Source of the DNA: Antedon mediterranea
Taxonomy: Eukaryota; Animalia; Echinodermata
Length of the DNA: 64,000 nt
Direction: 5' to 3'
NCBI RefSeq assembly: GCF_964355755.1
Contig: NC_092679.1
Coordinates: 12,259,432 to 12,323,431 of the forward strand
Each line of letters starts with the position of its first letter. Position 1 is the first letter of the stretch. A model generated the notes under the pieces. That model worked only from the letters and a program-made list of their open reading frames with translations. It was not told the DNA's origin and made no database searches. Shown piece by piece: positions 1 to 13,952 of the stretch. Made by a program: the position numbers and the translations under genes.

Positions 1-719
1 TTCTGGTATTTATGAGTCCCATGATATTATATGTCAGATAATTAATGAATTATTATCAAAACATTCCATGAAAGTTTGTTTGTAATATGGTTACTTCACA
101 CTTGAAGTATCTAGGCGTGATGAAGTGACCCCCAGACTTGACCTTAGCAATAAATAAACTAGATTGAGTCTGTGTTTAATATCAAAGTTATTCACTTCTG
201 TAACAAAATTCACATACAAAAAAGAGAAAAGAAACGTTTGATTATAACTCAAAAACCATTGTCTGGCAGACAATTTAAGTATTTTTTGCTTTAAATTACA
301 TTTTTTCAGGTAAAATAACTATTATGTGACATACAGAATGAATATATATATATTTTTCAGAGGGACAATATATCTTAAAAACTGATACATCAATAAGCGA
401 GCAGCGTTTTTTGTAAGAAATATTTCTTGTTTAATTGTACCCTTATTTATCTCAGTTCTCTTGTGACCTTTGTTCATTTGTTTTTGTACATTTTGGATAT
501 ACTTCACTTAAACTATGTCTATAGGCTACTATCAAACTAATGACACAAAGTGTGATGTGCCCAAACATGGTAGTGGTATGCCAAATATGGTAGTGATATG
601 ACATCATTATGTCCATATATGGCTACATCAAATTGTTTATATAGTGTAACTTCGTTTGAGTTGCAAAGAAATCACTGCACCCAGAAAAAAGTAATCATGT
701 ATTGCCTTTTTTGTCGCAG

Positions 720-1581
720 TCCAATAAAGAACTGAAAGCTTCTCAACTTGAAGATGAAATGATAACAAGAAAGCAAACAAAAGAACAAGAAAAGGTTAAT
801 ATTAAAATTAGAAAAACGTTTTGCATCTTTGTTTTGATGATAAAAGGTTTCCTTACTATCTGCTGTAATAAGCCTCATGACTTCAGATTTTCATTGACAC
901 ATATATTTTGATTTGTTAAAAGACCGACATTGAAAATAGTGAAGATGAGGACAATTCGGGTGATGTGGCTGGTACAAACTTCGAAAGCAAAAGGTGCGTT
1001 CGAACTTTTAAATTAAGCAATGATAGGCCTAATAATTTATTGTTGGTACCCTTACTGAAAATTGTGCGTAATTATAGATGATTATTTATTTGATTGTAAT
1101 GTTAGAGTACAGTCAGTAATTACACAAATAATCAATGTTTATGAGTTTGATGGTGAGAACATTTCATTCGATGAAAGATTGACTTGTATTCTACTATTAG
1201 TACAGCAATTAGTAGTAAGTAAAAAATACACTCGTTTGGTCAAATAAAGACATAGACTAGACCTAGAGGTAAAATAACAACACACACTACAATTACCTTT
1301 TGATTAATTTCAGACGTGTCACGAAGAGAAAACTGCGTATTCGGGAAGATATACCAAAGTATTTGTGTAATCTCGACCCAAACTCCGCGTACTACGACCC
1401 GAAAACGAGATCATTGCCTGGAAATCCATTCAAAGACCCGAACTCGTTGTACTATGACCCGAAAGTGGGATCATTGCCTGGAAATCCACTCGAAGACACA
1501 AAATCGGCATACTACGACCTGAACACAAAAATATTGCCTGGAAATCCCTTCAAAGACACAGACAAGCATCCGAATGAGTAA
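720..1581 (+). CDS. SLU7: SLU7-like pre-mRNA splicing factor fragment, 3 exons (720-794, 923-993, 1314-1577 or read-through to TAA at 1581); divergent paralog or pseudogene
   Basis: AG/GT-bounded exons join in frame: [14 protein letters not shown]...EK | [24 protein letters not shown] | [33 protein letters not shown]. This matches the conserved SLU7 core ([52 protein letters not shown]). No downstream SLU7 exons are seen in the window. Confidence 0.8.
1375..1560 (+). repeat. In-frame 60-bp tandem triplication within SLU7-like exon 3
   Basis: [20 protein letters not shown] / [20 protein letters not shown] / [20 protein letters not shown]. Confidence 0.9.
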
Positions 1582-2025
1582 AGCTATCGTTTTCTAGTAT
1601 TACAATTTAACTTTCTTTGAGATAGTTTTTCTTTTGAAAAAATGGATTACCCCGGATGCTGGTTCAAGCGGATATGCTAGCAAAATGACCAAGAGAGTGT
1701 TATAAAAATAATTCAAAAATTAAAGCACTACAGAAATAAGCCGCATGTATAATAAACAGTCTTCTCTATGCTTCGACATATAGAAGTCAACTGGTCGATA
1801 ACAACTATAAAAGCCTGTTTTTCATTGTAGGCGAATTTATTTGCATGAATAGTAATAAACATTAGTAGTAGTTCATGGGTATTAATCGGATCTATTTCCA
1901 AAAATACTATTTCCATGAATTATGAATTATTTATTCGTTAACATAGTCACCTCCAAAATATGCCTCTAAGTCAAAGCAATGGTGATTAAACCCGTCCAAA
2001 CCACTATACTCAATAATAAGTAAAA

Positions 2026-4854
2026 ACTAGATTTAATTCGTCACTATGACGAATTATAGGTTATATGCATTGATTTAAATAAAGATAATTGATTTTTAAA
2101 AGATATATTGATTGATTGATTTTCTCAGAATCTTTAATTATTTATAATATATGATAGGACCTTGCTAACGCGAACACCATAGCCGGTATCACAATCCGAT
2201 CAAAGATCCATATGCGTATAATGTCATAAACCACATTTGTTGTTACATAATAATAAAGACATAAGTTAATTTTTATCTAGATTTCATTATAAATCATGTG
2301 TATAATCTATACACTAAGAAATAAATTTGAACAAACAATACGGATAATAAAAAAAAAAAATCTTATTTCGTTTCCCAAGGTGAGACTCGATCTCGGTACC
2401 TTGAATGCCATAGGCACGAGCACAGACCACCGAGCCGTACACAACTGACTAAAAGTTGTAGAAAAATTCCTCCGTGTATTTACTATGCAGTAACCACTTT
2501 GATGCAAATAGATTATTACATAACGAAATGAATTATAATTTTTTACTATGATGACATCTTTAAAATGTATACAAATGATGCACTGTCAAACTACATACTT
2601 TTAACTTTAATATATGAATTTTTGAAGGAAGAAAGTTAATGTTAAGTTTGTTATTTTGGCCTAAGAAAATGTCATAATTTGTTTGATTGTCGAAATTATG
2701 TTTTTTTAATTTAATATGCAATTAATGATGACTTAATCAACTTTTGTTCTCTTAATTTGATAATAAATCATACATATGATACATACACTTCAAGAAAATG
2801 AAATAAAAAATAGGTGTTCCCCTGCATTCTGACGATATATATTAATTTTAAAATTTAGCATATTTTCACCATTTTGTTAAGTTATACGTGCGTAGCCAGT
2901 CACTTTTGACGTGCTCGTATAACGCAATTTCGAGTTGAAACCTGAATCAAATATGATGATATTATTAAAGAAAGATTGTAAAACAGAAATCGGGCAAAAA
3001 GAGTGCGCATTAACGTTTAACGCGCAGTGCGCGTGCAAAAATCTGCGCACTCATGGCAATTTTTTAAACGCTTAAAATTGCCTGAAACGTACTCTAATTT
3101 CATCGAAAATAAATTTTGACAATTTTGAACATTTTAAGCGCGCGTACGCAAGCGTTATATGCGCTACGCACGTAATTTAATTGCCATATGATGAAATATG
3201 ACCTGAAATTTATGAGTACCAAATTTTGTTTAATTGTGATTCATGCTTGTGAAGATATGATTACAAACGTGATTTCGTAAAATCGCGCGTAGACCGCGTA
3301 ATTTTTGATTACGCATCGTGAAAATATAACCACATCGATTCCTGGCCATGAGGAATATACTCTGAAAACTTGACTTAGCTAGATTAAACTGATGCCAAGA
3401 TAATGCACGGACAAAATAGTGCTAAGGAAAGAATAAATAAACTAGATTTAATTCGTCACTATGACGAATTATAGGTTATAAGCATTGATTTAAATAAAGA
3501 TAATTGATTTTTAAAAGATATTTTGATTCATTGATTTTCTCAGATTCTTTAATTATTTATAATATATGATAGGACCTTGCTAACGCGAATACAATAGCCA
3601 GTATCACAATCCGATCAAAGATCCCTCTGCGTATAATGTCATAAACCACATTTGCTGTTACATAATAATAAAGACATAAGTTATTTTTTATCTAGATTTC
3701 ATTATAAATCATGTGTATAATATATACACTAAGAAATAAATTTGAACAAACAATACGGATAATAAAAAAAAAATCTTATTTCGTTTCCCAAGGTGAGACT
3801 CGATCTCGGTACCTTGAGTGCCATAGACACGAGCACACACCACCGAGCCATACACAACTGACTAAAAATTGTAGAAAAATTCCTCCGTGTATTTACTATG
3901 CAGTAACCACTTTGGTGCAGATAGATTATTACATACCGCAATGAATTATAATTTTTTACTATGATGACATCTCTAAAAATGTACAAAAAGGATGCACTGT
4001 CAAACTATATACTTTTAACTTTAATATATGAACTTTTGAAGGAAGAAAGTTAATGTTAAGTTTGTTATTTTGGCCTAAGAAAATGTCATAATTTGTTTGA
4101 TTGTCGAAATGAATTTTTTTTAATTTAATATGCAATTAATTATGGCTTAATCAACTTTTGTTCCCTTAGTTTAATAATAAATCATACATAAGATACATAC
4201 ACTTCAAGAAAATGAAATAAAAAATATGTGTTCCCAAGCATTCTGACGATCTATATTAATTTTAAAATTTAGCATATTTTCACCATTTTGTTAACTTACA
4301 CGTGCGTAGCCTGTCACTTTTGACGTGCTCGTATAAGGCAATTACGCGTTGAAAAGTGAATAAAATATGATGATATTATTAAAGAAAGGTTGTACAACCG
4401 AAATCGGACAAAAAGAGTGCGCATTAATGTATAACGCGCAGTGCGCGTGCAAAAATCTGCGCACTCATGGCAATTTTTTAAACGCTTAAAATTGCCTGAA
4501 ACGTACTCTAATTTCATCGAAAATAAATTTTGACAATTTTGAACATTTTAAGCACGCGTACGCAAGCGTTATATGCGCTACGCACGTAATTGTATTGCCA
4601 TATGATGAAATATGACCTGAAATTTATGAGTACCAAATTTTGTTTAATTGAGAGTCATGCTTGTGAAGATGTGATTACAAACGTGATTTCGTAAAATCGC
4701 GCGTAGACCGCGTAATTTTTGATTACGCATCGTGAAAATATAACCACATCGATTCCTGGCCATAAGGAATATACTCTGAAAAATTGACTTAGATAGATGA
4801 AACTGATATCAAGATAATTCACGGACAAAATAGTGCTAAGGAAAGAATAAATAA
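2026..4854 (-). mobile_element. Two family-A HINE/Helentron-like bodies (A1 2026-3440, A2 3441-4854), each lacking its distal terminus
   Basis: ~1.41-kb units begin ACTAG + hairpin AATTCGTCA-cta-TGACGAATT + subTIR TAGGTTATA(T)GCAT and stop at GAATAAATAA. On the minus strand this is subTIR + hairpin + CTAGT, the usual HINE 3' end. No coding ORF. Confidence 0.75.
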
Positions 4855-7800
4855 ACTAGAACTTAAACTCGTCACTTGAGGACGAGTTTGGTTATCCGCC
4901 AGCAACAAAGCGTATCTTGCGTATTCAAGTACTTCCAAGTTATGACTTTTCCAAAAAAAGTAGGCTATTCAAAATTAAAACTGCCCTCTCAGTGTAATAA
5001 CCAACTAAACCCTTTTAATTAATTGTTTTCCCGTGACGGGACTCGAACCCGGTACCTCTGATACCAAAGTCGGTTGCATTACACATCGAGCCATATGACC
5101 ACCTGCTGACGAAAATCCGAAGAAAGAGTCCTCGTTCATTCGGTATGTCGTGAACCCCCTCGATGCAAGTTGATTATTACATATCAAACTTAAATCATAA
5201 ATTTTACTATGATGAAATCTTCAAAAATTTTAAACGCTGATATTTTATGAAAGTACATACTTTCAAGTTTTATATATTAACATGTAAAGAAAAAAGATAA
5301 ATGTTATGTTTATTGTTTTGCTCTTTGAATAAGTTTATGTTTGTTTGATGATAAATATTTCAAAAATTATATTTAATATGCAAATAATGTAGCCATCAAA
5401 CACGTTTTAGCATTCAACACTATAATAAATCAGACCTATGATTCATACACTGCAAGAAATTAAAATAAAAAATGGGGGTAACCTTGCATTCTGATGAACT
5501 GTGTCATTTTTAAAAGTAGACATATTTTGGAACATTTTCACAATTTGTTGACGTTTTCGTGCGCAACCTGTCATGTTTAACGTGCTCGTAGAACGCCATT
5601 TCAAGTTGAAAAGTGAATAAAATAACGTAAAATTGTTAACAGAAGATTTAAAAACACAAATCGTGTAAAAGAAATGCTCATACCTGTTCCCTGCGCCGTG
5701 CGCGCGTAAAAATGTGCGCACCAGTGGCAATTTTTTAAACGCTTAAAATGACCTGAATCGTGCTCTAATTTAATCAGAAATTGATTTGAAGCATTTTAAA
5801 ATTTCAAACGCCATTTACGCGCGCACTTTCTAATGTTACAAATTGCGATAGCGTTAAAAAAGTTAACTATTGATGTGAAGCAAACGTGGCTGAAAATGAC
5901 GTTAAAAAATATTCATTTGTTTCGAAGTTATAACCAATTTAAGATTTTCAGAAAATCACGCGTAACTTACGCTACGCGGCTCTGACATCGTCAAAAAGCT
6001 TGGCTGGACAACTTCAGTAAAATGTCTATATGTTGAACAAGTTACAAAATGTTATGTTAACGCGTTACAGAGAAACAGCGTGCACAAATTAGGAGCATTT
6101 TAAAATTTCAAACGCAGTTTACGCGCAGACTTTCTAGTGTTCAAAAATTTGCTGAAGAGCGAAAAAGTTAGCCATTGATGTGAAGAAAACGTGGCTGAAA
6201 ATTTCGTTAAAAAATATTTATCGGTTTCGAAGTTATGACCGATTTAAGATTTTCAGAAAATCGCGCGTAACTTACGCTACGCGGATCTGACATTGTCAAA
6301 AAGCTTCGCAGTACATCTTCAGTTAATTGTCTATATGTTGACCAAGTTACAAAATGTTATGTTAACACGTTCAAGAGAAAACGCGTACACAAAATCGGAG
6401 AAAGAAAGAAGAATAATAAAAAAAAAAAGTAACACTACAATAACAAAGGTTATCCGCTTGAGGCGGATAACCAACTAGAACTTAAACTCGTCACTTGAGG
6501 ACGAGTTTGGTTATCCGCCAGCAACAAAGCGTATCTTGCGTATTCAAGTACTTCCAAGTTATGACTTTTCCAAAAAAAGTAGGCTATTCAAAATTAAAAC
6601 TGCCCTCTCAGTGTAATAACCAACTAAACCCTTTTAATTAATTGTTTTCCCGTGACGGAACTCGAACCCGGTACCTCTGATACCAAAGTCGGTTGCATTA
6701 CACATCGAGCCATATGACCACCTGCTGACGAAAATCCGAAGAAAGAGTCCTCGTTCATTCGGTATGTCGTGAACCCCCTCGATGCAAGTTGATTATTACA
6801 TATCAAACTTAAATCATAAATTTTACTATGATGAAATCTTCAAAAATTTTAAACGCTGATATTTTATGAAAGTACATACTTTCAAGTTTTATATATTAAC
6901 ATGTAAAGAAAAAAGATAAATGTTATGTTTATTGTTTTGCTCTTTGAATAAGTTTATGTTTGTTTGATGATAAATATTTCAAAAATTATATTTAATATGC
7001 AAATAATGTAGCCATCAAACACGTTTTAGCATTCAACACTATAATAAATCAGACCTATGATTCATACACTGCAAGAAATTAAAATAAAAAATGGGGGTAA
7101 CCTTGCATTCTGATGAACTGTGTCATTTTTAAAAGTAGACATATTTTAGAACATTTTCACAATTTGTTGACGTTTTCGTGCGCAACCTGTCATGTTTAAC
7201 GTGCTCGTAGAACGCCATTTCAAGTTGAAAAGTGAATAAAATAACGTAAAATTGTTAACAGAAGATTTAAAAACACAAATCGTGTAAAAGAAATGCTCAT
7301 ACCTGTTCCCTGCGCCGTGCGCGCGTAAAAATGTGCGCACCAGTGGCAATTTTTTAAACGCTTAAAATGACCTGAATCGTGCTCTAATTTAATCAGAAAT
7401 TGATTTGAAGCATTTTAAAATTTCAAACGCCATTTACGCGCGCACTTTCTAATGTTACAAATTGCGATAGCGTTAAAAAAGTTAACTATTGATGTGAAGC
7501 AAACGTGGCTGAAAATGACGTTAAAAAATATTCATTTGTTTCGAAGTTATAACCAATTTAAGATTTTCAGAAAATCACGCGTAACTTACGCTACGCGGCT
7601 CTGACATCGTCAAAAAGCTTGGCTGGACAACTTCAGTAAAATGTCTATATGTTGAACAAGTTACAAAATGTTATGTTAACGCGTTACAGAGAAACAGCGT
7701 GCACAAATTAGGAGCATTTTAAAATTTCAAACGCAGTTTACGCGCAGACTTTCTAGTGTTCAAAAATTTGCTGAAGAGCGAAAAAGTTAGCCATTGATGT

Positions 7801-9711
7801 GAAGAAAACGTGGCTGAAAATTTCGTTAAAAAATATTTATCGGTTTCGAAGTTATGACCGATTTAAGATTTTCAGAAAATCGCGCGTAACTTACGCTACG
7901 CGGATCTGACATTGTCAAAAAGCTTCGCAGTACATCTTCAGTTAATTGTCTATATGTTGACCAAGTTACAAAATGTTATGTTAACACGTTCAAGAGAAAA
8001 CGCGTACACAAAATCGGAGAAAGAAAGAAGAATAATAAAAAAAAAAAGTAACACTACAATAACAAAGGTTATCCGCTTGAGGCGGATAACCAACTAGAAC
8101 TTAAACTCGTCACTTGAGGACGAGTTTGGTTATCCGCCAGCAACAAAGCGTATCTTGCGTATTCAAGTACTTCCAAGTTATGACTTTTCCAAAAAAAGTA
8201 GGCTATTCAAAATTAAAACTGCCCTCTCAGTGTAATAACCAACTAAACCCTTTTAATTAATTGTTTTCCCGTGACGGGACTCGAACCCGGTACCTCTGAT
8301 ACCAAAGTCGGTTGCATTACACATCGAGCCATATGACCACCTGCTGACGAAAATCCGAAGAAAGAGTCCTCGTTCATTCGGTATGTCGTGAACCCCCTCG
8401 ATGCAAGTTGATTATTACATATCAAACTTAAATCATAAATTTTACTATGATGAAATCTTCAAAAATTTTAAACGCTGATATTTTATGAAAGTACATACTT
8501 TCAAGTTTTATATATTAACATGTAAAGAAAAAAGATAAATGTTATGTTTATTGTTTTGCTCTTTGAATAAGTTTATGTTTGTTTGATGATAAATATTTCA
8601 AAAATTATATTTAATATGCAAATAATGTAGCCATCAAACACGTTTTAGCATTCAACACTATAATAAATCAGACCTATGATTCATACACTGCAAGAAATTA
8701 AAATAAAAAATGGGGGTAACCTTGCATTCTGATGAACTGTGTCATTTTTAAAAGTAGACATATTTTGGAACATTTTCACAATTTGTTGACGTTTTCGTGC
8801 GCAACCTGTCATGTTTAACGTGCTCGTAGAACGCCATTTCAAGTTGAAAAGTGAATAAAATAACGTAAAATTGTTAACAGAAGATTTAAAAACACAAATC
8901 GTGTAAAAGAAATGCTCATACCTGTTCCCTGCGCCGTGCGCGCGTAAAAATGTGCGCACCAGTGGCAATTTTTTAAACGCTTAAAATGACCTGAATCGTG
9001 CTCTAATTTAATCAGAAATTGATTTGAAGCATTTTAAAATTTCAAACGCCATTTACGCGCGCACTTTCTAATGTTACAAATTGCGATAGCGTTAAAAAAG
9101 TTAACTATTGATGTGAAGCAAACGTGGCTGAAAATGACGTTAAAAAATATTCATTTGTTTCGAAGTTATAACCAATTTAAGATTTTCAGAAAATCACGCG
9201 TAACTTACGCTACGCGGCTCTGACATCGTCAAAAAGCTTGGCTGGACAACTTCAGTAAAATGTCTATATGTTGAACAAGTTACAAAATGTTATGTTAACG
9301 CGTTACAGAGAAACAGCGTGCACAAATTAGGAGCATTTTAAAATTTCAAACGCAGTTTACGCGCAGACTTTCTAGTGTTCAAAAATTTGCTGAAGAGCGA
9401 AAAAGTTAGCCATTGATGTGAAGAAAACGTGGCTGAAAATTTCGTTAAAAAATATTTATCGGTTTCGAAGTTATGACCGATTTAAGATTTTCAGAAAATC
9501 GCGCGTAACTTACGCTACGCGGATCTGACATTGTCAAAAAGCTTCGCAGTACATCTTCAGTTAATTGTCTATATGTTGACCAAGTTACAAAATGTTATGT
9601 TAACACGTTCAAGAGAAAACGCGTACACAAAATCGGAGAAAGAAAGAAGAATAATAAAAAAAAAAAGTAACACTACAATAACAAAGGTTATCCGCTTGAG
9701 GCGGATAACCA
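4855..9711 (-). mobile_element. Three complete, near-identical family-B HINE-like elements head-to-tail (4855-6473, 6474-8092, 8093-9711; 1619 bp each)
   Basis: Left end: ACTAG, hairpin AAACTCGTC-acttgag-GACGAGTTT, subTIR GGTTATCCGC. Right end: palindrome GGTTATCCGC-ttgag-GCGGATAACC. Each has an internal ~300-bp tandem duplication (about 5791-6093/6094-6393 in the first unit). Confidence 0.8.
5030..5100 (-). ncRNA. tRNA-derived (SINE-head-like) Pol III box A/B segment carried in every B unit; a diverged counterpart is in A units (e.g. 2374-2445)
   Basis: Minus strand GGTCATATGGCTCGATGTG...GACTTTGGTATCAGAGGTACCGGGTTCGAGTCCCG; B box GGTTCGAGTCC; the acceptor stem does not pair, so it is not a real tRNA. 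Confidence 0.55.
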
Positions 9712-12700
9712 ACTAGATTTAATTCGTCACTATGACGAATTATAGGTTATATGCATTGATTTTAATAAAGATAATTGATTTTTAAAAGATATTTTGATTC
9801 ATTGATTTTCTCAGATTCTTTAATTATTTATAATATATGATAGGACCTTGCTAACGCGAATACAATAGCCGGTATCACAATCCGATCAAAGATCCCTCTG
9901 CGTATAATGTCATAAACCACATTTGCTGTTACATAATAATAAAGACATAAGTTATTTTTTATCTAGATTTCATTATAAATCATGTGTATAATATATACAC
10001 TAAGAAATAAATTTGAACAAACAATACGGATAATAAAAAAAAAATCTTATTTCGTTTCCCAAGGTGAGACTCGATCTCGGTACCTTGAGTGCCATAGACA
10101 CGAGCACACACCACCGAGCCATACACAACTGTCTAAAAATTGTAGAAAAATTCCTCCGTGTATTTACTATGCAGTAACCACTTTGGTGCAGATAGATTAT
10201 TACATACCGCAATGAATTATAATTTTTTACTATGATGACATCTCTAAAAATGTACAAAAATGATGCACTGTCAAACTATATACTTTTAACTTTAATATAT
10301 GAACTTTTGGAGGAAGAAAGTTAATGTTAAGTTTGTTATTTTGGCCTAAGAAAATGTCATAATTTGTTTGATTGTCGAAATGATTTTTTTTTAATTTAAT
10401 ATGCAATTAATTATGGCTTAATCAACTTTTGTTCCCTTAGTTTAATAATAAATCATACATAAGATACATACACTTCAAGAAAATGAAATAAAAAATATGT
10501 GTTCCCGAGCATTCTGACGATCTATATTAATTTTAAAATTTAGCATATTTTCACCATTTTGTTAACTTACACGTGCGTAGCCTGTCACTTTTGACGTGCT
10601 CGTATAAGGCAATTACGCGTTGAAAAGTGAATAAAATATGATGATATTATTAAAGAAAGGTTGTAAAACCGAAATCGGACAAAAAGAGTGCGCATTAACG
10701 TATAACGCGCAGTGCGCGTGCAAAAATCTGCGCACTCATGGCAATTTTTTAAACGCTTAAAATTGCCTGAAACGTACTCTAATTTCATCGAAAATAAATT
10801 TTGACAATTTTGAACATTCTAAGCGCGCGTACGCAAGCGTTATATGCGCTACGCACGTAATTGTATTGCCATATGATGAAATATGACCTGAAATTTATGA
10901 GTACCAAATTTTGTTTAATTGTGATTCATGCTTGTGAAGATATGATTACAAACGTGATTTCGTAAAATCGCGCCTAGACCGCGTAATTTTTGATTACGCA
11001 TCGTGAAAATATAACCACATCGATACCTGGCCATGAGGAATATACTCTGAAAACTTGACTTAGCTAGATTAAACTGATGCCAAGATAATGCACGGACAAA
11101 ATAGTGCTAAGGAAAGAATAAATAAACTAGATTTAATTCGTCACTATGACGAATTATAGGTTATATGCATTGATTTTAATAAAGATAATTGATTTTTAAA
11201 AGATATTTTGATTCATTGATTTTCTCAGATTCTTTAATTATTTATAATATATGATAGGACCTTGCTAACGCGAATACAATAGCCGGTATCACAATCCGAT
11301 CAAAGATCCCTCTGCGTATAATGTCATAAACCACATTTGCTGTTACATAATAATAAAGACATAAGTTATTTTTTATCTAGATTTCATTATAAATCATGTG
11401 TATAATATATACACTAAGAAATAAATTTGAACAAACAATACGGATAATAAAAAAAAAAATCTTATTTCGTTTCCCAAGGTGAGACTCGATCTCGGTACCT
11501 TGAGTGCCATAGACACGAGCACACACCACCGAGCCATACACAACTGTCTAAAAATTGTAGAAAAATTCCTCCGTGTATTTACTATGCAGTAACCACTTTG
11601 GTGCAGATAGATTATTACATACCGCAATGAATTATAATTTTTTACTATGATGACATCTCTAAAAATGTACAAAAATGATGCACTGTCAAACTATATACTT
11701 TTAACTTTAATATATGAACTTTTGGAGGAAGAAAGTTAATGTTAAGTTTGTTATTTTGGCCTAAGAAAATGTCATAATTTGTTTGATTGTCGAAATGAAT
11801 TTTTTTTAATTTAATATGCAATTAATTATGGCTTAATCAACTTTTGTTCCCTTAGTTTAATAATAAATCATACATAAGATACATACACTTCAAGAAAATG
11901 AAATAAAAAATATGTGTTCCCGAGCATTCTGACGATCTATATTAATTTTAAAATTTAGCATATTTTCACCATTTTGTTAACTTACACGTGCGTAGCCTGT
12001 CACTTTTGACGTGCTCGTATAAGGCAATTACGCGTTGAAAAGTGAATAAAATATGATGATATTATTAAAGAAAGGTTGTAAAACCGAAATCGGACAAAAA
12101 GAGTGCGCATTAACGTATAACGCGCAGTGCGCGTGCAAAAATCTGCGCACTCATGGCAATTTTTTAAACGCTTAAAATTGCCTGAAACGTACTCTAATTT
12201 CATCGAAAATAAATTTTGACAATTTTGAACATTTTAAGCGCGCGTACGCAAGCGTTATATGCGCTACGCACGTAATTGTATTGCCATATGATGAAATATG
12301 ACCTGAAATTTATGAGTACCAAATTTTGTTTAATTGTGATTCATGCTTGTGAAGATATGATTACAAACGTGATTTCGTAAAATCGCGCGTAGACCGCGTA
12401 ATTTTTGATTACGCATCGTGAAAATATAACCACATCGATTCCTGGCCATAAGGAATATACTCTGAAAAATTGACTTAGATAGATGAAACTGATATCAAGA
12501 TAATTCACGGACAAAATAGTGCTAAGGAAAGAATAAATAAACTAGATTTAATTCGTCACTATGACGAATTATAGGTTATATGCATTGATTTAAATAAAGA
12601 TAATTGATTTTTAAAAGATATATTGATTGATTGATTTTCTCAGAATCTTTAATTATTTATAATATATGATAGGACCTTGCTAACGCGAACACCATAGCCG

Positions 12701-13952
12701 GTATCACAATCCGATCAAAGATCCATATGCGTATAATGTCATAAACCACATTTGTTGTTACATAATAATAAAGACATAAGTTAATTTTTATCTAGATTTC
12801 ATTATAAATCATGTGTATAATCTATACACTAAGAAATAAATTTGAACAAACAATACGGATAATAAAAAAAAATCTTATTTCGTTTCCCAAGGTGAGACTC
12901 GATCTCGGTACCTTGAATGCCATAGACACGAGCACAGACCACCGAGCCGTACACAACTGACTAAAGGTTGTAGAAAAATTCCTTCGTGTATTTACTATGC
13001 AGTAACCACTTTGATGCAAATAGATTATTACATACCGAAATGAATTATAATTTTTTACTATGATGACATCTTTAAAATGTATACAAATGATGCACTGTCA
13101 AACTACATACTTTTAACTTTAATATATGAATTTTTGAAGGAAGAAAGTTAATGTTAAGTTTGTTATTTTGGCCTAATAAAATGTCATAATTTGTTTGATT
13201 GTCGAAATTATTTTTTTTTAATTTAATATGCAATTAATGATGACTTAATCAACTTTTGTTCTCTTTATTTGATAATAAATCATACATATGATACATACAC
13301 TTCAAGAAAATGAAATAAAAAATAGGTGTTCCCCTGCATTCTGACGATATATATTAATTTTAAAATTTAGCATATTTTCACCATTTTGTTAACTTATACG
13401 TGCGTAGCCAGTCACTTTTGACGTGCTCGTATAACGCAATTTCGAGTTGAAACCTGAATCAAATATGATGATATTATTAAAGAAAGATTGTAAAACAGAA
13501 ATCGGGCAAAAAGAGTGCGCATTAACGTTTAACGCGCAGTGCGCGTGCAAAAATCTGCGCACTCATGGCATTTTTTTAAACGCTTAAAATTGCCTGAAAC
13601 GTACTCTAATTTCATCGAAAATAAATTTTGACAATTTTGAACATTTTAAGCGCGCGTACGCAAGCGTTATATGCGCTACGCACGTAATTTTATTGCCATA
13701 TGATGAAATATGACCTGAAATTTATGAGTACCAAATTTTGTTTAATTGTGATTCATGCTTGTGAAGATATGATTACAAACGTGATTTCGTAAAATCGCGC
13801 GTAGACCGCGTAATTTTTGATTACGCATCGTGAAAATATAACCACATCGATTCCTGGCCATGAGGAATATACTCTGAAAACTTGACTTAGCTAGATTAAA
13901 CTGATGCCAAGATAATGCACGGACAAAATAGTGCTAAGGAAAGAATAAATAA
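9712..13952 (-). mobile_element. Three family-A bodies (9712-11125, 11126-12540, 12541-13952)
   Basis: Same 1.41-kb unit as 2026-4854, each ending at GAATAAATAA|ACTAG. Confidence 0.75.

Noticed and set aside
1-431. Large inversion relating the window start to ~51860-52037
   Set aside because: Only short patchy inverted homology; best explained as a dispersed repeat.
5030-5100. Functional tRNA gene
   Set aside because: Acceptor and D stems do not pair; only the Pol III boxes and a T-arm-like part remain.
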